Of a stretch of 64,000 nucleotides of DNA, positions 36,501 through 50,479 are shown piece after piece. Position 1 is the stretch's first letter, and the number at the start of each line of letters is the position of its first letter. Where the stretch lies: the NCBI GenBank assembly GCA_026770705.1, contig JANJGN010000003.1, positions 231,322,001 to 231,386,000 on the forward strand, read 5' to 3'. Made by a program: the position numbers and the translations under genes. The stretch is from Isurus oxyrinchus (taxonomy: Eukaryota). The notes under the pieces are model-generated. The model was not told where the DNA came from. It saw only the letters and a program-made list of their open reading frames with translations, and did not search any database.

Positions 36501-37737
36501 TCAAATTTTTTGAGGAGGTAACCAGGAGTGTTGATGAGGGTAATGCATTTGATGTGGTCTACATGGACTTTAGTGAGGCTTTTGAAAAGGTCCCTCATGG
36601 TGGACTGGTCAAGACAGTAAGAGCCCATGGGACCCAAGGCAAAATGGCATGTTGGATCCAAAATTGGCTGAGAGGCAGGAAGCAGAGGGATGTTTCTGTG
36701 ACTGGAAGTCTTCTTCCAGTGAGATTCTGCAATGCCTGGTGTTGAGGCCCTTGATGTTTGTGGTATACATAAATGATTTGGACTTAATTGTAGGGGGTAT
36801 AATCAAGAAGTTTGCGGATGACACAAAACTTGCTAGGGTGGTAAATAGTGAGGAGGATAGCTGTAAACTGCAGGAGGTTAACAATGGACTTGTCAAGTGG
36901 GCAGAGCAGTGGCAAATGGAATTCAACTCAGAAAAGTGTGAGGTAATGCATTTGGAGAGGGCTAACAAGGCAAGGGATTACACTATGAATGGTAGGACTC
37001 TGGAAAGCACTGAAAATCAGAGGGTCCTTGGTGTGCCTATCCATAAATCCCTGAAGGTAGCAGGGCAGATAGATAAGGTGGTTAAGAAGACATATGGGAT
37101 ACTTACTTTATTGGCCGAGGCATAGAATACAAGAGCAGGGAGGTTACGCTGGAACTGTATGAAATGCTGGTTAGGCCACAATTGGAGTACTGTGTGCAGT
37201 TCTAGTCATCACATTATAGGAAGGATATGATTGCACTAGAGAGGTGCAGAGCAGATTTATCAGGGTGCTGCCTGGGCTGGAAGGTCTGAGCTATGAGGAA
37301 AGATTGGATATGCTGGGGTTGTTTTCCTTGGAGCAACGAAGGTTGAGAGAAGACCTGATAGAGCTGTATAAGATTGTGAGGGGCATAGATAGGGTGGATA
37401 GGAATGTACCTTTTCCATTAGTAGAGGGGTCAATAACCAGGGGGCATAGATTTCAGGTAAGAGGTAGAAGGCTAAGAGGGGAATTGAGGAGAAATTTTTT
37501 CACCCAGAGGGTGGTGGGAGTCTGGAACTCACTGCCTGAAGGGGTGGTTGAATCAGAAACTCTCGTAACCTTTAAGAAGTATTTAGATATTCACTTGCAC
37601 TGCCATAGCCTCCAGGGCTACGGGCCAAGCACTGGAAAATGGGATTAGTGTAGTCAGATCTTTGTTGACCGGCGTGGACACGATTGGCCAAATGGCTTCC
37701 TTCTGTGTTGTAGACATCAATGAGTCTATGAGTCTAT
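33505..37737 (+). mobile_element. Near full-length, decayed CR1 LINE (ORF1 zinc finger and SGNH esterase; ORF2 APE-RT)
   Basis: ORF1: VICTSCAIWE, VIVHVGTNDIGRK, DGLHLN. ORF2: GVYYRPP, KKFADDTKL, FTQRVVGVWNSLP. (ATGAGTCT)n tail. Many stops and frameshifts. Confidence 0.95.
33543..33692 (+). repeat. Three ~48-52-bp tandem units in the CR1 5' UTR
   Basis: tagaggag...gagaggaggcccctgggacaggcagtcaRcagcacc occurs three times with variation. Confidence 0.75.
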
Positions 37738-38039
37738 CCTTAGACAGAGAGAAAAACAAGTTTCCCCGGTCTAAATAAATTTGCAAGTTTTATTTTCACC
37801 TGGTCTTTATGTGAATGAGATCTGGACTGTGGGAGTCAGTGGCTGAAAATCAATATAAAAGTAGTTTTGGTCCACAATTTTATAAGCAGTTGGTTTTTGG
37901 TGAAAAGTAGCTTCAAAAGCACATTTATCATCAGCAATAATGATGAGAGAGTTACAATATTAGAAATAATATTTGCAAGGTAAGTTTCACTCCAGTGAAC
38001 ATTCAGCAGGTCAGGCATTGGGTTATGAGGGTTCTGTAG

Positions 38040-38130
38040 CTGAAACAGTTTCTCTGTCCTCTCCACAAATGCTGCCTGATCCACAGAGCGTTTCCTTTTT
38101 TGTTTCAGTTTTCCAGCATCCTACTTTTTG
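38040..38130 (+). mobile_element. Penelope pLTR remnant
   Basis: tgaaacagtttctctg...ctccacaaatgctgcctga...ttccagcatc resembles 14450-14520. Confidence 0.5.
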
Positions 38131-39969
38131 TTCACTCCAGTGAAATGGATTTTAAAACTCATCGTGTATTAGATAACACTGCAGAGGAGAGGGAGGATAA
38201 AGGAGCTCCATTCATATGCAACAGTGACAGTCACTCATGTGCATGCATTTTTAATCTGCCATCTGTAATGTCTGTTCTTTGTGCCTATTGGGGAAAATGG
38301 GATGATTACGGGATGATTAACCATTAAGTAAAAAACTGAAAGACCCAACCTTTAACACTACTAACAGATGCTGTCAGTTTAGTTAATTGTGAACTGAAAT
38401 GTGACTGGATAAAACTTTTATGTAGACAGCACAGCAGGAGCTTTAAAAAAAATCTCATCACCTTAAAGCCACTGCAGAAATGTAATAGGATACTGCCATA
38501 ATTAGCACACAGGGGAACACTACCAATGAGGTATTAATAAAGAACAGTTTGCTTCATTATATTGCCTACTCCACTTAAGTGTATACCTGTTCGGGGTACA
38601 TTAAGTGTGCATGTAATTTAAAAACCAATTTATTTTCTTACTTGTTTCTGTGAAATCCTGTTCCATTAAATGCATGACGAAAAGGCATACTGGCTTAAAC
38701 ACTCTGTATATCTTAATGATTTGTATCATTGGTATGATTTACATTTCCTTCATGGACCGACTAACTTTATCTACATCAATTGCATTTAGAACAAATTAGA
38801 CTTCTTCAAGAATTCATTTTTTAAGCATTAACTGAAAATCTGAACAAGTCCATTACATTATCATAACGACTATGGTCTGTCTACTGCCCTGTTTTCCAAC
38901 AGATTGCAGCGAGACAAAATTTAAAAAAAACATTTCCACCATCTTCTTGCCCGAGTCCTCCCTGCTGCTGTTTTTAAGGGGGGGGGGAGGGCTGCATATG
39001 GGTGGCTTGCACTCTAGGGCCTCATTAGGCAAAGCAAATTGGGGTCCCATGACATTTATAGGACTCCAATGCCATTTTCCCAGAGGACGGCACAGCACCT
39101 GCGGAGCGCTGTATCCACTCACTGCCCTGAGAGGAAAGCAATAACAAGTAGTAAAAGGATCCCATGCTGATGAAGTGAAAATAATGGTTTAGTGGGCATT
39201 TTCTTTTAGCAACAGGATTAGCATAATTGCTCTTTAGATGTTTTGTTTAAAAGCCTCCCAAATGTTAGACCCCCAGTCTGCCACCAGTTCTCCCAAGAGT
39301 CAGACAAGTCCTTTCCTTCACTGGAGTTCTGGCTGCTCAGTTTTGCAATGATTCTTGAAATTTTACCACTCCTCAGAGCACTAGTTGTCAGTGCTTGGTT
39401 TGTGCTGGCAGCTAAGCACTTCCATGCTAATAAGTCCCCAGCAACAAAATAGTTCCGGCATTGAAATTGCTACACCCAGCAACTGCTTACTGTATCCTCC
39501 ACTTCAAAATCACCTAATATGCTCCCATATGTGTGGATGACTCAATCTCACATTAACCCACTTGAGTCACGTTCACCTTTCTGTTCTTTTTATTATATAG
39601 CATACATGAGTACACATAATATGGAGACAGTTTTAGTCCATGGTTAGATTAATTGCCTATCCAATTCATATACTCTAATTTTAGGATATGATTGAAGGTT
39701 GCATACAGTGATCGTTAAATTTCTTTCTGAAAACAGCCTCTCAGCTGATCTTTGTGGTGGGCCCATCAAACAGCAGCTCTCATTGAGTTAGTCCTAATTG
39801 GCATACTTTTTGGTTATGGAGAGATCAGAGACTTATAAATTCAGAACTGACTCAGTAAATAGCACAGCTAAAATGTGTTCCAAAAAAAGGAATTAAAAAG
39901 TACCATCCAAGAAGTAGGGCAGAAGAGTTTAGATATACTTTTTTTTGTGTCAGGTACTGGGGATATTTT

Positions 39970-40318
39970 CCTATTCATTAAGGGATTGGATAGCGTAAAT
40001 AAGGATAAACTGTTTCCAGTGGCAGAAGGGTCCATAATTAGAGGATACAGATTTAAGGTGATTGACAAAAGAACCAAAGGTGATCTGAGGAAAAAAGAAT
40101 TTAGTGAGTTATGATGATTTGTAATGCACCGCCTGAAAAGACAGCGCTAGCAGATTCAGTCATAACTTTGAACTGGGAATAGGTTAAATACTTAAAGGGG
40201 AATGTGCAGGGCTATGGGGAATGAGCTGGAGAGTGGAACCACATAGATGGCTCTTTCAAACAGCCAGCACTAGCACAACAGGCTGACTAGCCTTCTTCTG
40301 TATCATTCCATGATTCTC
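39970..40318 (+). mobile_element. CR1 3' fragment
   Basis: KGLDSVNKDKLFPVAEGSIIRGYRFKV followed by CR1 3' UTR and ttccatgattct tail. Confidence 0.8.
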
Positions 40319-40519
40319 AAAAAATGTTCTTCCATTTTTGCTGATGCTTAATTCGCACCAATCAGAACACTAGATGTTCCCAAATTTATTTTGCTGGTCT
40401 CGTTCAACATGAATTTGAAAATGGGAACAAAGGAAAACTGGTCAATCATGAAGTACCAGTCAGAAGGCTTATTTTTCAATTTTCCTGCAGCTAACTTGAC
40501 ATCTAACTGGCACAAGTAG

Positions 40520-41492
40520 CGGTTAGTTTGTTTATCCAGAAAGCCGACAAAACTCCAAAATAAATTCCGTGAAAGTTGTTTCATGGTTCTGGATACAGAG
40601 ATCCTACTGTTTTGACTGAAATGTACAGCACGCAAACCCCAAGATGCCCGGGTGGACCCCTCGGAAGTCCATGCACTGACTACACAGTAACTGTCTGGGA
40701 AGTTTGGACTGCCGATAGGCAATTTCCCTGCGTCTGGAGCCCTCCACAACTCTGAGTTAAAGTCAGAGACTTCGGATGGTTCAGACTTACTTAGTAGAAT
40801 AGTTACCCAGGAAAAGTTAGAAGGATTTAAAGCAGTTCTAACTCCTGGGGAGCTATACTACTGACACCCTGGCTCTACCCTAGACCCCCTGACTACCCCT
40901 CTCCCCAGTGACCATCCGCCTAGCCCCTGGCCCCTTGACCAGACAATGCCCCCTGTCCCCCCTCCCCCAACTATCCCCCAAACCCTAACCACCCCCCTAA
41001 CCTGACTACTCCTGACCCCCTGACCACCTGTGCTGGAACCAACTACCCCACCGACCTGGCAATCCCCGCTTCCCCAATATCCAATTCCCCCCAGCCCTCC
41101 CGACAGCACCCCCCGACACAACTACACCCCTGACCACCCAACTACTCCCCGACCATTGCCCTGACTACCCCCCGACCTGACTTTACCCCCAACTCCTCTC
41201 CGACTACCCTGGATCTGACTATCACCCTATTCCCTCACCCACTTACTTGCTCTCCCAGCTTGTCGAAGCGTCTTTGGGACATTTAAACTTACCGGAATAA
41301 AAGGGGGCATGGCTTGGCTTCCCCCAGTGGTCCTGCACTACAAAGAAAGGACCCCCAGAACCATACACTCCACATTTCTGAGCAAGTCTGATTTGGATCC
41401 AGGTGAGAAACGTGCAGTTTCGGTGCAAGGTAAGTAAATAGGAATGAAATGGCAATCTGACAGTGATTGCCATTCCTCGGAAGATTCGGCCC
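40520..41492. mobile_element. DNA transposon fragment (Harbinger-like TIR) with C-rich degenerate tandem repeat at 40860-41240
   Basis: Ends ggaagattcggccc. Interior has repeated ctgactacccc-like units. Left boundary uncertain. Confidence 0.55.
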
Positions 41493-41967
41493 ATAGTTAG
41501 TGCTTTTTCAGTGCAATTTGTAGGTGTTTTTCCCTCTAGCACAATGTGGAATTTAGTAATATCAAAATCAATGTGAATGTATAATGAGTGTTGTTGCACA
41601 ATAATGTTCATATTTTGTTAAGCAAGTTTTGCAGCACCATAAAGACAGGAAAAGTGAACTTTTGCCCTTTTTTAAAAATTCTGAGTTCCCATCACAATGA
41701 GTTTCCAACATTTTTTGCTTTGGAGCAGAATTGGTCCATTTACACAGTAATACTGCTTTCTTAGTCAGTTTGCTGAGGAGGTCACTTGAACAGAAGGGGA
41801 AGGAACATGCTGTTATTTGCTGAGTTCTGTCTAAAACTGACCATCATCATTAATAGTATTGTTTATGAATATGTCAGATTAATATTCTGACCACTAACTA
41901 AAATGACAATAACACCTTCCTAAACTGAAGGAGCATTTGGGCATCATTAAATGCAGCTCAAATAAGG

Positions 41968-42270
41968 CTATAGAACATGAGAACACAAGAAATAGGAGCA
42001 GGAGTAGGACCATATGGCCCATCAAGCCTGTTCTGCCATTCAATATGATCATGGCTGATCTTGGGCTTCAATTCCATTTTCCCACCCGCACCTCATATCC
42101 CTTAATTCCCCGAGAGACCAAAAATCTGTCTGTCGCAGCCTTAAATGTATTCAACGATGGAGCATCCACACCCCTCTGGGGTAGAAAATTCCAAAGATTC
42201 ACAACCCTCTGAGTGAAGTAATTTCTTCTCATCTCAGTCCAAAATGATCGGCCCCTTATCCTGAGACTGT
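41968..42270 (-). mobile_element. CR1 3' end fragment
   Basis: GRSFWTEMRRNYFTQRVVNLWNFLPQ...GKWN plus 3' UTR and tail. Confidence 0.9.
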
Positions 42271-43554
42271 GAAAAGAACCTATAATTGGTGACAGCAAAT
42301 TATTCCCTACTTTCAAACAAAACTACCCATCAGAAATCAGTTGCCAGGATACAAATGAAAAATACTCAATGATTAATTATACAGTAATATTTAATTAAAA
42401 TTCAGATACACATGGAACAGTTTTCATTAATATTAAAATATATTCTTATAGGATGTTTGGCCATAATTACAATTCCCCTGCATATTGTTTCTCTTCCACC
42501 TTAGGGTGTGCAGCACCTCTTGATATTATCTGAAGACCCTGAGATGCGGCATCTGAATGCCTGATAGTGATGGCTACTTATTACTGCTGGAGAAAAAAGG
42601 CCAAAGTTTGTTCCAGTACTCTAAATAAGCTCAATAAGACTGTCACACTAATTCAATTTGCAGCCACCAGAGATTTGTTATCACAGTCCCTTTGGGATCA
42701 ATGTTTCCTCAGCCTGTAGAAGCACCAGGACCCAAACCAGTTACTGCTTAATTAACTCAGGAAAAGGAGCTTCAATGAAACCTGAGGATGTCTCTTCTTC
42801 CTCGCACCCCAGCTCCATTCCCAGAAAAAACTCAGTTTAAAAAAGATAAACAGAAGTCAATGTGCAAAGATTACATATTGCAAATTAGCCTAGTTAAATG
42901 AAAATAGCATCACTGAGAAGTTTAACTATGATTGACTGGAATGAATTTATATTTCGTTTCCATAAAGTGCTGAACTGTTTCTCGACAATTTATATTTGGA
43001 ATCCGACTGCCAATTCACTGAGACACAGAATAACTGGTAGGTGAGTGATTGGCAACTTGTTGCAAAATAGGAAATAAAAGTTTGGATTTAAATAAGCCGA
43101 CAATTTTTACTGCAGTCAAGTTGTAGCTAGGTACACAACCAATTTAGCACATAAAAACAGAACTGTTCCAAATATTTATATGCATTACCGGTAAGTTAGT
43201 ATAGCAAATATACCAGATAAGTGTTCATGCTTTCAGGATAACTTCCCATTATTTTGGAAAATTCACAGCCCTTGTGGGAATCGCTGCACTCATAATGAGG
43301 GATTTTCAAAACAACAAGTGTATTTATTTTGTCAAAGCTTGATGTTTCCAGACAAAAATCATGGAAACAAAGAGGAGAGATACTACTGGGACATGGCGAC
43401 TGAGACTTTCCCTGAGCAATTTTAATTTAGGAAATGATATACAAAAACTGCACATGTGTAAATATAAACCTGGAACATATATGCAGTGTCTTAAGCTATA
43501 ATGAAGAATGCTGGTACAGCTATTCATTTCTCTGGAGGCGAGAAACAATCTTAC

Positions 43555-43638
43555 CCCTTCCCGAATGCATCTCATCAGCACAGTGTAGGTAATGGAGGGG
43601 ATGGCCCAGTGGTCTCTTGAGTGCGGTCTTTTCTCCTC
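43555..43638 (-). CDS. ULK4: ULK4 internal coding exon (84 bp, phase 0-0): EEKRPHSRDHWAIPSITYTVLMRCIREG
   Basis: ttacag acceptor and gtaag donor. Matches ULK4 EEKKKNPRECWAVPLAAYTVLMRCLREG and continues in frame from the previous exon. Confidence 0.95.
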
Positions 43639-44029
43639 CTGTAACAAAGTGATTGAAGCAACGAGGATATGTCAGTGTAAACGAAACTTGCCAGTAGAGG
43701 GTTATAAAAGGCGTTGAAAAAAGTTATTTTTTCCCCCAAATACAAATATAATTCACAATCTTGTTCTTCAGTCAAGGTTATTTAATTTACAACTCCATGG
43801 CATTCTCCTCTTAAAAAATATAGCAAGAATGGCTACAAGGGAAAATATCATCCATATCAACCAAAAAACTGTGTTTTCCATATTTGACTATGGCAGGGTT
43901 GAAGATGGTAGAGGGTTCTAATGTGCACACCTTTGGTTCACGGAGGCACAAGTTAAAACACAGCTACCGCAGTCAGATCTGATCTTGGATAGTGGGTCCA
44001 AAACACGACTTGCACACTATGGACCTTGT

Positions 44030-46093
44030 AGACCATAAGACCTTAAGACATAGGAGCAGAAATTAGGCCATTCGGCCCATTGAGTCTGCTCCGCCATTCA
44101 ATCATGGCTGATAAGTTTCTCAACCCCATTCTCCCGCAACCTTTGACCCCTTACCAATCAAGAACCTATCTATCTCGGTCTTAAATACATTCAATGACCT
44201 GGACTCAACAGCCTTCTGTGGCAATGAATTCCATATATTCACCAATCTCTGGCTAAAGAAGTTTCTCCTCATCTCTGTTCTAAAAGGTCTTCCCTTTACT
44301 CTGAGGTTGTGCCCTTGGGTCCTAGTCTCTCCTACTAATGGAAACATCTTCCCCCACGTCCACTCTATCCAGGCCTTTCAGTATTCTGTAACTTTCAATC
44401 AAATCCCCCCTCATCCTTCTAAACTCCATCAAGTATAGACCCAGAGTCCTCAAATGTTCCTCATATGCTAAGCCTCTCATTCCTGGGATCGTTCTCGTGA
44501 ACCTCCTCTGGACCCTCTCCAGGGCCAGCACATCCTTCCTGAGATACGGGGTCCAAAATTGTTCACAATATTCTAAATGTGGTCTGACCAGATCCTTATA
44601 AAGCCTCAACAGCACATCCCTGCTTTTATATTCTAGTCCTCTCGAAATAAGTGCCAACATTGCATTTGCCTTCCTAACTACCGACTCAACCTGCAAGTTA
44701 ACCTTAAAAGAATCCTGGACTAGGACTCCCAAGTCCCTTTGCACTCCAGATTTCTGAATTCTCTCCCCATTTAGAAAATAGTCTACCCCTCTATTCCTCC
44801 CACCAAAATGCATGACCTCACACTTACCCACGTTGTATTCCACCTGCCACTTCTTTGCCCATTCTCCTAAACTGTCCAAATCCTTCTGCAGCAGCCCCGC
44901 CTCTTCAACACTACCTGTCCCTCCATCTATCTTTGTATCATCTGCAAACTTAGCCAGAATGCCCTCAGTTCCTTCACCTAGATCACTAATGTATAAAGTG
45001 AAAAGTTGTGGTCCCAACACTGACCCCTGGGGAACTCCACTAGTCACTGGCCGCCATCCTGAGAAGGACCCCCTTATCCGCACTCTCTGCCTTCTGCCAG
45101 ACAGCCAATCTTCTATCCATGCTAGTACCTTGCCTTTAACACCATGGGCTCTTATCTTACTGAGCAGCCTCCTGTGCGGCACCTTGTCAAAGGTCTTCTG
45201 GAAGTACAAATAGATAACATCCATTGGCTCTCCTTTGTCTAATCTACTTATTACCTCCCAAAAGAATTCTAACAGATTTGTCAGGCATGACCTCCCCTTG
45301 ATGAAACCATGCTGACTTTGCCCGATTTTACCATGCACTTCCAAGTATTCTGAAATCTCATCCTTAATAATGGACTCTAAAATCTTACCAACGACCGAGG
45401 TCATGCTAATCGGCCTGTAATTTCCCGTCTTTTGCCTCACTCCCTTCTTAAACAGGGGGATTACATTAGCAATTTTCCAGTCCTCTGGGACCCTCCCTGA
45501 CTCGAGTGATTCCTGAAAGATCACCACTAACGCCTCCACTATCTCTTCAGCTATCTCCTTCAGAACTCTGGGGTGTAATCCATCTGGTCCAGGTGATTTA
45601 TCCACCTTCAGACCTTTCAGTTTTCCTAGCACCTTCTCCTTGGTAATGGCCACCATACTCACCTCTGCCCCCCTGACTCTCTTGAACTTTGAGGATGTTA
45701 CTTGTGTCTTCCACCGTGAAGACTGACGCAAAGTACCTATTCAGTTCCTCCGCCATTTCTTTGTTCCCCACTACTACTCCAGCGTCATTTTCCAGTGGTC
45801 CAATGTCCACTTTTGCCTCTTTCTTACCCTTTATATATCTAAAAAAACTCTTGCAATCTTCTTTTATATTACTGGCTAGTTTACCCTCATATTTAATCTT
45901 CTCCCTCCTTATTTCTTTTTTAGTTGTCCTCTGTTGGTCTTTGTAGGCTTCCCAATCCCCTGGTTTCCCACCGCTCTTCGCCACATTGTATGCTTTCTCT
46001 TTAGCTTTTATGCTGTCCCTGACTTCCCTTGTCAGCCATGGTTGCCTCGTCCTCCCTTTATTATGCTTCTTCTTCCTAGGGATGAATTTTTGC
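44030..46093 (-). mobile_element. Young 5'-truncated CR1 LINE (RT largely intact)
   Basis: 469-aa ORF with KSPGPDG, NYRPIS, QHGF, GVPQGSVLGP and FADD. Two frameshifts. (CTTATGGT)-type tail. Confidence 0.96.
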
Positions 46094-46119
46094 AGAGAAG
46101 ATCTACTGCTGCCACATTC

Positions 46120-46226
46120 TTTGGAGAGGTCAGATACCCTTTTGGAAAAGTAATGTACCCTTTTGAATAAGGTCACCTTTGGGAAGAGGTCAGTTGCCCT
46201 TTAGGAGAGGTAAGGTGCCCATTGGT
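46120..46226. repeat. Degenerate ~21-bp tandem repeat (about 5 units)
   Basis: ttggagaggtcagataccctt / ttggaaaagtaatgtaccctt / ... / taggagaggtaaggtgcccat. Confidence 0.7.
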
Positions 46227-46839
46227 ATTGTTAAAATTAGACATGAATGTGCATAAAAAGTGCATAAACTCATTGGAACTGTCAAGAGGACTGTAAAAAG
46301 AGCTGTCAAGCTGTCAAGGCATTTAAATGTCCTGCCCTTTAAATATTAGGAAAAACTCTGCAGTGTTAAAAAAAATCAAGGCTTGCTATTTCACTGTCTG
46401 CTGGCATAATTAATGCAGCAGCCTGATTTCACAACCTATCATTAGGTTGACTGACAACTCTAAGTGGTTATAAGCTTTTTGAAGTGGGACTATGAATACA
46501 AATGTTTGTTCTCATAAGGGATAAAAGTAAGTTAAATGTAGTGAATGAGTTTTTATCAAGGAGAGCTTTTTTGATATAGTGAGTTCACCAACTGACACTT
46601 GAGAATTTTACTTAATCTCAGCATGGGTCTGAGGTCTTCCAATGGTGGATCTTGGCGAGTTGGCCTGATAGGCGTAAGGGCAACGGTAGTGGGTGAGGGC
46701 ATGAGTGGGCACTAAGTTGTCATGGAGCTATAAAGGCCATGGAGGGTGGGTAGAGGGCATAGGTTGGCATGGAGGGTATGAGGGATGTTGTTGGCATGTA
46801 TTAGGTGTAAAAGATTAGCATGGATAGAGCAGGGGAAGT

Positions 46840-47430
46840 CCCTTCAGCTGCGGTGTGACCACCTCCCTAGATGTGCTATCCACGATGCTCTCAGATTCGT
46901 GGATGCTCCACAGTGTCCCCAGAAGCTGTTCCAGCTCTGAAACCCGAGCATCCAAGAGCTGCAGCTGGACACACTTCCTGCACACATGCTGGTCCCGGGC
47001 ACTGGAAATGTTCCAAGCTTCCCACATGGAGCATGAGGAGCACACCACGGCTTTGAGCTCTCCTGCCATGACTTATCCCTTTAAATTAGACCTTTTAAAT
47101 CAATTACTCTCAGGCCCTTCTTTCCCGATCCTTGTTACTACAGTATGTACAAACTATAAACCACAAAAATACCTTAAAATATAAGCAATAAAAGTAGTAA
47201 ATATTTACCCAACCTTACCCACTACTTACCAGTCATTTCCCTCCCATGTAGCCTCTACTGCTGCAGCAGGGCAAGACCGCTCTCTGAAGGTTTAAGAAGT
47301 TGGATAGCAAAGAAAAAATGCAAAGAGCACCTCTTCCCCTCTGCACTGAATTACCACTGTGCACCAAATTGCCAATACCCACACTCACTCTGGCTGTGTC
47401 TCACTCAGGATGAGGTCTCTCCCCTGCTCG
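46840..47430 (-). mobile_element. Inverted 5' part of a CR1 (5' UTR and ORF1 zinc finger)
   Basis: ORF 46815-47069: VVCSSCSMWE...VCRKCVQLQLLDARVSELEQLL...EVVTPQLK, homologous to 33810-34030. Confidence 0.88.
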
Positions 47431-47435
47431 TGTGT

Positions 47436-50152
47436 AAGCATCCTGAATGGAGAGGGTGATAAGGCAGAGGTCATGGTACATGTTGGTACCAATGACAAAG
47501 GTAGAAAGAGGGATGAGGTCTTGCATCAAGAATTCAGGGAGTTAGGCAGTAGACTGAAAAGCAGGACCTCTCGAGTTGTAATCTCTGGATTACCCCCAGT
47601 GCCACATACAAGCAAGCACAGAAATAGGAGAATAGTGCAGATGAATACGTGGCTTAAGAGTTGGTACAGGAGGGAGGGTTTTAGATTCCTGGATCACTGG
47701 ACCCATTTCTGGGGAAGGTGGGACCTGTACAAGCGGGATGGTCTACATCTGAACCAAAGCGGGAGTAGCATCCTTGTGGGCGAGTTTGCCAGCGTTGTTG
47801 GGAGGAGTTTAAACTAATTCGGCAGAGGTAGGGGACACAGAATGTTAGCAGAAAAGGGACACATCATAATACAGCAAAACAATCAAGTCAGAGAGGGTAC
47901 AGCTGCATTAAGTTTCAGGGGAGTAAGGCAAAGCTGGATGGCCTCTACTTTAATGCCAGGAGTATTATAGGTAAAATGGATGAGTTAAGGGTGAGGATTG
48001 ATACATGGAATTATGATATAGTAGCCATCACAGAGACATGGTTGAGGGAGGGGCAGGATTAGCAGCTCGATATTCCAGGATATAGAATCTTCAGGCAAGA
48101 CAGGGGAGGGGATAAAAAAGGAGGAGGCATTGCATTATTAGTTAAGGAGTCAGTTACTGCATAAGGAGAGATGATATCTTGGAGGGGGCATCGAATGAAG
48201 TTTTGTGGGTAGAGCTTAGGAATAAAAAAGGGGCAGCCACATTGTTAGGTGTTTATTATAGACCCCCAGGTAGTCAGCGGGAAATTGAGGAGCAAATATG
48301 TGCACAATCTGTGGAAGTGTGTAAGAACAATAACAATAGGGTAATTATATTGGGTGATTTCAACTTTCCCATTATTCATTGGGATTGACATAGTGTTAAG
48401 GGCTTGGATGGAGTGGATTTCTTGAAATGTGTACAGGAGAACTTTTTAGGTCAATATGCAGAGGATCCAACAAGGGACGGTGCAGTGCTGGACCTAATTC
48501 TGGGGAATGAAGCCGGACAAGTGGCTGAGGTGATGGTGGGGGGAGAATTTTAGTGATAGCGACCACAACATGGTACAATTTAAGCTTGTTATGGACAAAG
48601 AGATAGACAAGTTGCAAAAAAATGTTTTGGATTGGGGGAGAGCAGATTTTAGTAAAATAAAGCAGGATCTAGCCAAGGCAGACTGGGAACAGCTACTTGT
48701 GGGGAAATCTACAGAAGAGCAGTGGGCGGCATTCAAAAAGGAAATGGGGAGGGTACGTGTTCCCTCTAGGGTGATAGGAAGGAGTAACAAGCCCAGAGAA
48801 CCATGGATGACCAGAGATATTCAGGATACGATGAAAAGGAAAATAGAGGCTTTTAGCAGGCAGAAGGAGAGCAAATCAGCGGAGGCATTAGTGGAGCACA
48901 GAAAGTGCAGGGTGGAGCTTAAGAAAGCAATTAGGAGAGCAGAGGGGATATGAGAAAGCTCTGGCTGCTAAAAATAGGGAAAATCCCAAGATATTCTCTA
49001 AGTATATCAATGGGAAGAGGATAACCAGGGAAAGAGTAGGGCCCATTAGGGACTAAGGGGGCAATCTATGGGTGGAGCCAGAGGACATTGGTACAGTGTT
49101 GAACAAATACTTCACATCCGTCTTCACCCAAGAGAATGAAGATGAAGGTATGGAACTCGGGGACAGAGACTGCGAGGTTCTTGAGCAAATTGATATAGGG
49201 AGTGACAAGGTATTGGAGGTGTTGGCAGGCTTAAAAGCGGACAAATCTCCAGGTCTGGATGATTTGTGTCCCAGACTGCTGAGTGAGGCAAGGGAGGAGA
49301 TGGCAAGGGCTCTGACCCGAATTTTTAATTCCTCTCTGGCCATGGGGGAGGTGCCAGAGGACTGGAGAACAGCTAATGTGGATCCACTATTTAATAAGGG
49401 TTGTAGCGATAAGCCAGGGAAGTACAGACCAATGAGTATCACATCAGTAGTAGGGAAACTATTGGAGAAAATTCTGATGGAGAGAATCTATCTCCACTTC
49501 GAGAGGCAAGGTTTGATCAAGGATAGTCAGCATGGCTTTGTCAGGGGGAGGTCATGCCTAACAAATTTGATTGAATTTTTGAGGAGGTGACCAGGTGTGT
49601 AGATGAGGATAGTGCAGTTGATGATGTTTATATGAATTTCAGCAAAGTTTTGGACAAGGTCCCAAAAGGGAGACTTATAAAGAAGGCAAATGCACATGGG
49701 ATACAGGGTAATTTGATGAGGTGGATTCAAAATTAGCTTAGTTGTAGGAGACAGAGGGAGATGATAGAAAGCTGCTTTAATAACTGGAAGCCCATGTCCA
49801 GTAGCACACCACAGGGATCTGTGCTCAGTCCCCTATTATTCATCATTTATATATACGACATGGATGACTATGTGGGGGGTAGGATCAGTAAGTTTGCGAA
49901 TGACACAAAGATTGGCCGGGTGGTTAACAGTGACCGTGTCGGTCTGGAATGTGCTGCCTGGGAGGGTGGTGTAGGTGGGTTGCCTCACATCCTTTAAAAA
50001 GTACCTGGATGAGCACTTTGCATGTCATAACATTCAAAGCTATGGGCTAAGTGCAGGTAAACGGGATTAGGTAGGTAGGTCAGGTGTTTCTCACATGTCT
50101 GTGCAGACTTGATGGGCCGAAAGGCCTCTTCTGCACATTGTGATTCTGTGAG
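47436..50152 (+). mobile_element. CR1 LINE body (esterase, APE, RT) with internal 3' deletion
   Basis: VMVHVGTND, DGLHLN, GVYYRPP, KSPGLD, QHGF and KFANDTK. Jumps to the 3' end at about 49935. tgtgattctgtga tail. Confidence 0.93.
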
Positions 50153-50479
50153 TGGACGTGAGGGCTGAGGGCTGTTTGTTTCATTCATTTTTTGATACTT
50201 TCAGCAAAGTGCCAGAGCACTCAGGGAGGCTTTTCGCCAAACTCGCCTCTGCACTTGGCAGCTTCCGAACTCTATTCGGGGTGCCCACCACAATTCCCAG
50301 TTTCAGCAGTCCCCCCTGGACTAAAAGTTGGAAATTCTGGGGCAGTTTTTCCCCAGGACAAGTTTGCAGAGCTGAAAAATGTCCCATCTCTGCACTCACA
50401 AACTGGGAGCGCAAATTCAGGTCAAACTGTCTGCAAATCCACACCAGGAACAGTGGTCTTAAAAGAGTATGAATAGGGG

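Noticed and set aside
46120-46226. Regularly spaced repeats suggestive of a CRISPR-like array (also 33543-33692)
   Set aside because: Head-to-tail degenerate tandem units with no unique spacers, in a vertebrate transposon context.
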